In this document: one piece after another, positions 55,898-64,000 of the stretch | Layout: the number at the start of each line of letters is the position of its first letter | How positions within the stretch are numbered: position 1 is the stretch's first letter | NCBI GenBank assembly: GCA_951406725.2 | Contig: OX597828.1 | Location: 11,904,001 to 11,968,000, forward strand | Source: Octopus vulgaris | Taxonomy: Eukaryota | DNA: 64,000 bases | Reading direction: 5' to 3' | Notes under the pieces: model-generated | Database searches by the model: none | What the model saw: only the letters and a program-made list of their open reading frames with translations | What the model was told of the DNA's origin: nothing | Position numbers and translations under genes: made by a program

Positions 55898-56460
55898 AGT
55901 GAATATATTTTATATTTTCAGCCGAAAGAACTAATTAAGATCGTTTGTTTACAAGTAGCTCGAAGTCTAAAGGCATTTTGCTCCTATCTAAAATAAAGCT
56001 AAATTAATTGATATTGAACACTGTCGCCCTACTATTGAAGGAACATATTTTATTAAATGAAAATTATAAAAACATGAAGAGTGAGTGTGCTTCTTTATAT
56101 GAGTAGCGATTGCAGGGGAAATTTTACAACCTACGTATCTATTACTCGTTTATGTATGTAAGTTAATGTAGGAGTTTTTTGTTTAACGATGAATAATGCG
56201 TGTTTTTTACGAAGGAAAATTGATTCTGTAGTTTTAAAAATCTTAATTAACTGTGAATACTGCAGCTCTATATGGAATGTTCGGATAATCTTAATGTAAA
56301 GTGAATCTATTTGTAAAACAAGCAAAACAGAAAAAAAACTTTTGTTTATACGATAATTGTTAAACTCGTATCTTCTGTTCTTGAAAACTATGTTACGTGT
56401 TCAGCGTGTACTGTATCCTCTTAAAAGATATTTGTTACCCTTTCTCTAAAAATGCTCATT

Positions 56461-56493
<33 letters not shown>

Positions 56494-56519
56494 ATGTATA
56501 TCTATATATATGGAGGGTC

Positions 56520-56660
56520 GCTGAAATCTACTATACTCTTTTCATTGTCTCTGTTTATTTTCTCATATTCCTTTTTGTTGAACGTAGGCTCAGAACGTAA
56601 AAAACCTTTTTATTTTTCCCGAGCGTCAAACTAATACACTTGTTTGTTGTTCATACACCC
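56520..56660 (+). mobile_element. Degenerate PLE terminal repeat of the 9560-9740 family
   Basis: TTCCCGAGCGTCAAACTAATACAC shared with 9661. Confidence 0.6.
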
Positions 56661-56737
56661 CTATCACATATACATATACATGCATCCTACATATATATGT
56701 AAATGTACGGATGTGTGTGCGTATATATATATATATA

Positions 56738-56905
56738 GGCGCAGGAGTGGCTGTGTGGTAAGTAGCTTCCGGCTTCAGTCCCACTGCGTGGCATCTTGAG
56801 CAAGTGTCTTCTACTATAGCCCAGGGTCGATTTGCTCGACTAAAGGCGGTGCTCCAGCATGGCCGCAGTCAAATGACTGAAACAAGTAAAAGAATAATAA
56901 AAGAA
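56738..56905 (+). mobile_element. SINE B with large internal deletion
   Basis: Head joined directly to the 3' tail at ACTATAGCCCAGGGTCGA. Confidence 0.8.
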
Positions 56906-57430
56906 TATGTGTGTGTGTGTGTACGTATGTTATAAGATAGAGAGGAGAGATAGATAGATAGATAGATAGTAATTGGTCACAATGAATAATAATTTGTGTT
57001 TCCATTCACTATATTCTGAACAAACCCTCAACAAGCGTTGTGCAGTTTGGGCTGCAAATAATGGATTGCGCAACTATTCGAGACTGCTCGTTAATATTAC
57101 CTTGTTTTGCTTTGCTCATTCTTCTGATATTTTATACATACTTTTCGAAAAGAGCATGACTCTGATTTCGTAGATTCACCCTGATAAATTTCCTGAGACT
57201 ACCAATGAAGACTAACAACCCGAAACTTTGAAGTCACTGTTAAACCCATTTCTTATTAAAGTAGAACAAGCATGAATTCTGCATAAAAGTATTGGGTAAT
57301 TATTCCGTTTAATGTTAAATTGGTTTTATTATAACTTGACAGTACTGGACTCGATATAACTAACTTACACCTTCTCTCGAAATTTTTAGTTTTGGGCGAA
57401 AATTTGAAATCATTATTTTATATATAAATA

Positions 57431-57765
57431 AGGGGGCGATCTGGCAGAATCGTTACCTCGCCGGGCAGAACCGTAACCTCGCCGGGCAGAATCGTTGCCT
57501 TGCCGGGCAGAATCGTTACCTCGCCAGGGAGAATCGTTACCTCGCTTACCAGTATTTCGTCTGTCTTTAAGTTCAGAGCTGAAATTCAGGCGGAGTCGAC
57601 TTTGTATTTCATCTTTTTGAAGTCGATAAAATACGTACATGTTGAATAGCCAGAAAGAATGAAAGGCAAAGTCGACTCCGATAGAATTTCAACTCTGAAA
57701 TCAAAGATAGACGAAATGTTGTATCCAATGTAATCGGCCACAACATTTCGTCTATCTTTAAGTTC
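57431..57765. mobile_element. Rearranged SINE A with five 21-bp head repeats and an inverted partial copy
   Basis: GGCAGAATCGTTACCTCGCCG x5 (57443-57547). Confidence 0.8.
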
Positions 57766-58108
57766 CGAAAGCTAAACAGTTATCTCCCTTGCCCACAACA
57801 ACAACAACAATTATGACGATAACCAATTACCTCCCCTTATTTTTCTACTTGTGAAGTCATTCACTCATAAATATCATCACAAAAAACATGGACAAAAATG
57901 TCTTCTTAAGAAAATACATATTTGAATGGCGGTGCCCCAGCATGGCCACAGCTCGTGAGCTGAAACTAGATAAAATGAAATAAAAAAATAAAATAAAATT
58001 TAAATAAGTTAACCATAATATCATGAATAGCGAAAGCGAAACCGGTCGATATAGTAAAAATTATATTAAAACTATGTAAAGTGTGTGTATTTTCCTTTTT
58101 TAGTTTCT

Positions 58109-58157
<49 letters not shown>

Positions 58158-58659
58158 GGTCCGTGTTGTGTGGTTTGAATAGACTTCATTTGAGACAGTT
58201 TATAAAATTGCATTTTTGACTTTAATTTTCTTTTCTGTCACATAAAGTAACTTCTGTATTCTTTACTTAGTAATATACATTGCTATAGCGGTTGAAATTT
58301 ATTGTTGCACGTTTAGCTGATATACTGAATTATTACTAGTGCTATGTATGATTTATAATGTTATCGTAAAAGAATTTTTTGTGAAGGATTTCTGTTCTTC
58401 CTTCAGGGAATAACTTCTCCTTAAAGTCATCTATTTTTAAAAGCAAATATATCAACACCTCACTGTATTATACTAACACACTCTTGCATGCTAGAACTTT
58501 CTTTATTCGTTTTGCAGTGTTGCTGCACGCTTGTGAAAAGATATGTAACAGCCGAGTCCGATATAACGATAAATTGTCAGGAGTTTGCTTTGTCTTAGGA
58601 GTTGGTAGATCGATACCTCCCGGATGTTCTTTAACCAAGTAATAATAGCAAAAATGTTG

Positions 58660-59300
58660 GGAAGGCGACGTGCTGTCAGAATTGTTAGTACGCCGGACAA
58701 AATCACTTAACTACATTTCGTCCGCCTGTATTTTCTGAGTTCAAATTCCGCTTAGTTCGACTTTGCCTTGCATCCTTTAGAAGTCGATAAAATAAGTACC
58801 AGCTGAGTACATGGGTCGATGTGATCGACTTACCTCCACCTCCGACTTGCTGGCCTCGTGCCAAAATATGAGACCAGTACGTGATGGCGGCGATCTGACA
58901 GAATCGTTAGCATACCAGACAAAATGCTTAGTGGCATTTCGTCCGTTTACTTTCTGAGTTCAAATTCTGCAGTCGATTAAATAAGTCCCAGCTGAGGACA
59001 TGGGTCGATGTACTTGATTGTTTAACCTCTCTCTCAAAATTGCTGAACCTGTACCAAGATTTGAGACCAATACTATGGGAAAGGTTGCGTGTTGCAAGGA
59101 ATGGTAGCACGCCAGACAAAACGCTTAGCGGCATTTCGCCCGTCTGTACTTCCTGAGTTCAAATTCTGTCTATTTCTATTGAAATATTCATCATTTCTAG
59201 AGTTGATAAAATAAGTACCTGTTGAGCACTGAGTCGATATAATAGATTTACTCCCTCCTACAAATTTGCTGGTCTTGTGCGAAAATTTGAAACCACAATC
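58660..59300 (+). mobile_element. Three adjacent degenerate SINE A copies, each with a head
   Basis: CTGAGTTCAAATTC at ~58735, 58953 and 59153. Confidence 0.75.
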
Positions 59301-59323
59301 ATTGGAAAGACGGTGTGCTGTTA

Positions 59324-59547
59324 TCTTCTTCTTCTTCTTCTTCTTCTTCTTCTTCTTCTTCTTCTTCTTCTTCTTCTTCTTTTTCTTCTTCTTCTTCTTC
59401 TTCTTCTTCTTCTTCTTCTTCTTCTTCTTCTTCTTCTTCTTCTTCTTCTTCTTCTTCTTCTTCTTCTTCTTCTTCTTCTTCTTCTTCTTCTTCTTCTTCT
59501 TCTTCTTCTTCTTCTTCTTCTTCTTCTTCTTCTTCTTCTTCTTCTTC
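59324..59547. repeat. (CTT)n microsatellite
   Basis: Direct reading. Confidence 0.97.
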
Positions 59548-59839
59548 CAGTCAGGACTCAGGCCATTAGCCACAAAGAATAATCTCTAATTCAAGCCTAC
59601 TCTAAGCTACTAAGAATGCATGTGGAAACTTGAACATCCACCGACCACACACGATAGACTGGCGGTTGCACGGGCGCGAAAGCTACATTGTTATCCTCAT
59701 TCCGTAAACGGTGGCTTTTAACGGGTGGAGAGCTGAACCATTCTGGGGTACAGAGAATTCGCAATTTAGACTAATGTCTGAAAGTTTACTACACCATACT
59801 GGGTTACACTATGGTTCCTCTGCTTTGTGACAGAATTAG

Positions 59840-60020
59840 GAAGAAAGAGTGAGAGAAATTTGTGGTGAAAGAGTAGAGCGGGATTCACTCCCACCCCACT
59901 CCGGTGATTGTGGAGCTTAGGTGATTTTGCTCAATAAACACTCACAATGCTCGGTCTGGGAATCGAAACTGCGTTCTTACGACCACAAGACCGCTGCCCT
60001 ACCACTGCGCCATTGTGCCT
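59840..60020 (-). mobile_element. SINE C 5' part
   Basis: Reverse complement of the 1542-1720 head. Confidence 0.75.
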
Positions 60021-60937
60021 CCACTGCGTGCTGTTATAATCGTTATCACGCCGGACAAAGTACTTAGCTGAATTTCGTCCATCGATTTCGACTTTACATT
60101 TCATCCTTTCTGGGTCGATAATATAGGTACTAGTGGAGCACAGAGCCGATGTAGTCGACTTACCCTTCCCCCGAAATTTCTGACCTCCTGTCAAAATCTG
60201 ACATCAATATCAATAATATATGGGCGTACAAGGACGTCTTGTGAACACTGTACGATGTCAATATATTATATTTGTAGTTTAATTCGCTTACACATGCACT
60301 ATTAAATATTTTGTGATGCAGACCATATCTCCTTCGATGGTATAAATATCGAATGTGTTTTGACGTTGCAGGTTTGTCTTTAATCTTGATAAACATGACC
60401 GGCATAACCAAGAACGTATCAAATGGGAACAGCGTTCCAATTTAGATATCGGTTATCTACACAGGAAATCTTGCCAGACAAGAGATGCAAATATATGTGT
60501 GTATGTGTGTGTGTTTGGTTATGCATGTATATGCATATAGTATATATTATATATGCGAAGGCGTGCGACCTAGTGGTTAAGAGGTTCCAATCACGATCAC
60601 AAAATAGTGACTTCGAATGCCAGAAGGCTGTGCGTTGTGCTTTGAGCAAAGCGCTTCATTTAACGTGGCTCCAAACCACTTAGCTGTACCTGAGAAGCCC
60701 TAAAATATGGCGTTATTGTAGTTGTGAATATTTTTGGTGATTATGTTGATGTCCATTCTCTTCAGGTGAATTCTAATTGAGTTGGCTTATTGTCAAATGT
60801 ATTCATATTTTTTCAGCCAATGTATCTTACACTAATCATCGGAGGTGTCCATTCGATGCTTTAGATGTTAGGGTAAGATTAGAGGAGAATTGACTGCATT
60901 TTTTGCAGATCAAGGCACGACATTCTAGTTTACTTCT

Positions 60938-61339
60938 TATTTTTTACTACCCACAAGGGGCTAAACACAGAGGAGTCAAACAAGGACAGACAGACGGATT
61001 AAATCGATTATATCGAGCCCAGTGCGTAACTGGTACTTAATTTATCGATCCCGAAAGGATGAAAGGCAAAGTCGACCGCGGTGGGATTTCAACTCAGAAC
61101 GTAAATACAGACGAAATACCTATTTCTTTGCTACCCACAAGGGGCTAAACACAGAGGGGACAAATAAGGACAGACAAACGGATTAAGCCGATTATACCGA
61201 CCCCAGTGCGTAACTGGTACTTATTTAACCGACCTCGGAAGGATGAAAGGCAAAGTCGACCTTGGCGGAATTTGAACTCAGACGAAATACCGCGGAGCAT
61301 TTCGCCCGGCGTGCTAACGTTTCTGCCAGCTCGCCGCCT
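60938..61339 (-). mobile_element. SINE A dimer
   Basis: Junction GACGAAATACCTATTTC at 61110-61126. Confidence 0.85.
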
Positions 61340-61515
61340 TTTACTTCTGGGGATATAGTGGGTGAGGGTCCCTAAGGTTACTTTAGCTACCCCGTGATCC
61401 TTCAGGAGGAGGATTAGTGTGGTAAAAATTAGTACTTGGATGCTCTTCATGTTGTCGATGAGGTGATAGTCATGGGTTTTTGTTGTTGCTGCTGTAGCTG
61501 TTGTTGTTGTTGTTT

Positions 61516-61565
<50 letters not shown>

Positions 61566-62121
61566 CTTTTGGGGTTAGCCGTTAACCTGACTGAGTGAAT
61601 ATATGAGCAAAATCATTCTAGAAAATACCATACCGGTTTTCTTTTTTTTTCCGGCATCATCTGCCGGAGAGTACTTATACTAGAAGCACGTTGTCCAGGT
61701 CGGTAGTGAAAAGTCTGAGGAAGATTTGTTTACTGTTTTTAAAATACAAGTGAACCACATAGATGCCTCATGTTCTGTTCTTAAATGAAATCTATCACGT
61801 CAATATGAATATTTTTTTTTATACAAACATTTCTAAACTATAACGCTTACAGACATTGAGGTCTCAGAGTCATATACAATAAGTTGATTAATATACAGTG
61901 CAATCCGGATGAAACAAAGCATAGAATTGGAGATGTTTATGCAACAGAATCATGATGAAAGTTTGAATTCGGTTGTCAGGGAATTTTCATACTTGCAATT
62001 CACGGAAAATTGCAGCAAATTTTGATAAATGGATATAATAAATTTGTGTCTGGACCGTCTATGTCTTGAAGATAAAGTGTAGAAACGAGAAATAAAGAAA
62101 GAAACAAACAAACAAACAAAC

Positions 62122-62203
<82 letters not shown>

Positions 62204-62574
62204 TGATAGAGGTCGGTAGGTCGGTAGGTACTACAGAGATTAACGTATCACTGTGTATTTTTCAACTATGATGACAGCAGAGTAGCAATGAAGCAAGATG
62301 GGATAGTATTTGTGAGCGTGCATCTAGTAAAATACTTTAATTTATATGAACCTGTCTCATATGACAGAGAAGCAATCTATTCTGTTAAAGGCAATAAATG
62401 TGGAGAGAAATAAGAAAGCATGCAGGCGAAATCCACATCGTCTGTTGGGATTGCCAATCTGATGCCTGTCGCCCTATTGTTTTTGTTGGTGTTTATCTCC
62501 AACAGAATATACCTATAATCAAAGAGGTTCCAAACAACCTTCATTTTTTTTTTTGGCGGCGGGGGAATTGTAAC

Positions 62575-63515
62575 GGTACGTGACTTTGTGGTTAACGTAT
62601 TACGTTCACAATCGTAATGTCATCAGTTCCATTCCCGTCAGCGAGTTGGTCCTTGATCAGGACACATAATTTCACGTTGCTCCACTGCACTTAGCAAGCA
62701 ACAAGGAGTTACACCTATTTCTTTACTACCCGCAAGAGGCTAAACACAGAGAGGACAAACAAGGACAGACAAACGGATTAAGTCGATTATATCGACCCCA
62801 GTGCGTGACTGGTACTTATTTAATCGACCCCGAAAGGATGAAAGGCAAAGACTACCCCGACGGAATTTGAACTCAGAACGTAAGCAGCTGACGAAATACC
62901 TATTTATTTAATACAAACAAGGGGCTAGACACAAAGAGAACAAACAAGGACAGACAAACGTGTTAAGTCGATTGTATCGAATCCAGTGCCTAACTGGTAC
63001 TTAAATTATCGACCCCGAAAGGATGAAAGGCAAAGTCGACCTCTGCGGAATTTGAACTCAGAACGTAACGGCAGACGAAATACCTATTTCTTTACTACCT
63101 TCAAGGGGCTAGACACAGAGAGGACAAACAAGAACAGACAAACGGATTAAGTCGATTATGTCGACCCCAGTGCGTAACTGGTACTTAATTTATCGACTCC
63201 GAAAGGATGAAAGGCAAAGTCGACCTCGGCGGAATTTGAACTAAGAACGTAACGATAGACGAAATACTGCAAAGCTTTTCGCCCGGCGTGCTAGCGTTTC
63301 TGCCAGCTCGTCGCCTTGCACGCAAAAATGAGTTGTACCTTTAACCCAAAGAACCAGGTTTGTCATATTCTGTGTCACGCTGAATCTCACCGAGAACTAC
63401 ATGAAGGATACGCGTGTTTGTTGAGCGCTCAGCCGCTTGCAATTTAATTTCAGGAGAAGGCTGTTCCGTTGATCAGATCAACTGGAACCATCATCAAAAT
63501 GACCGACGGAGTACC
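62575..63515 (+). mobile_element. CORE-like tRNA SINE sharing the family C tail, interrupted by a SINE A trimer
   Basis: Head and core at 62575-62710, tail at 63318-63515; degenerate duplication GCAAGCAACAAGGAGTT / GCACGCAAAAATGAGTT. Confidence 0.65.
62712..63317 (-). mobile_element. SINE A trimer
   Basis: Three ~187-bp units and one head; junctions at 62890 and 63074. Confidence 0.88.
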
Positions 63516-64000
63516 AGTTTTTATTTTCGGATATCGCATATATCGACTATATTACCTGTTTGTATCTGTCTTTCAAGATAGCAGAGTGTAATTTGAGGGA
63601 AAATAAGGCTGACAGCTCACATGGCGAAGGATTGTTGTAGATCATACTTCGATATATTTGGTGCAACGGCCTGGTGTAAAGCATAAAATACATAAAGTTA
63701 CAGAGGGAGGTAATAAAGCAGAGACTGAAATGCTTTCGGTATCTGCTGATGAGACACAATATGAGAAACGACACAAGGAAGGATGAGCAAATCGTATGAA
63801 TCTGGCTGGGAAAGAAATACATTTAAAGTAACTCGAAGAAACAGGAAGTACATTGCTGATCTAATGGGTGTAACCTTACGATCGGATCATTGAAGGTTTG
63901 TCATTTTAAGGGGTGCGGTCCACCTGTTATTACTCCACTCCCAACTCAGTTGAACCAACTGACCTAATTATCAGAGATTTATACATTAGGGATTATATTG

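Noticed and set aside
57443-57547. CRISPR-like short repeats (also at 54029 and 53598)
   Set aside because: Contiguous tandem units with no spacers, no cas genes and a eukaryotic context
63747-63775. CTGATGAGAC...GAGAAACGAC hammerhead-like string
   Set aside because: Stem II does not pair and there is no NUH triplet

Overview
AT-rich, microsatellite-dense animal genomic DNA, most consistent with a cephalopod (Octopus-like). That assignment is inferred from repeat style, not from a search. I found no convincing host protein-coding gene; almost all listed ORFs are microsatellite translations. The window holds layered mobile elements: three or four tRNA-derived SINE families, CR1-, RTE-, Tx1/L1- and R4/Dong-type LINE fragments, mariner and Tc1 transposons, MITEs, and several Penelope-like elements (PLEs). 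The most notable signal is a dispersed set of type I hammerhead-ribozyme motifs in PLE terminal repeats. Several have intact cores, several occur as inverted pairs, and most abut (TA)n tracts. Other highlights are a Naiad-type PLE with ~400-bp inverted terminal repeats, a possible selenocysteine UGA in a PLE endonuclease, SINE multimers that share one fixed junction, and a foldback element with TTAGGG repeats in its loop. Coordinates were read by eye and element edges are approximate.
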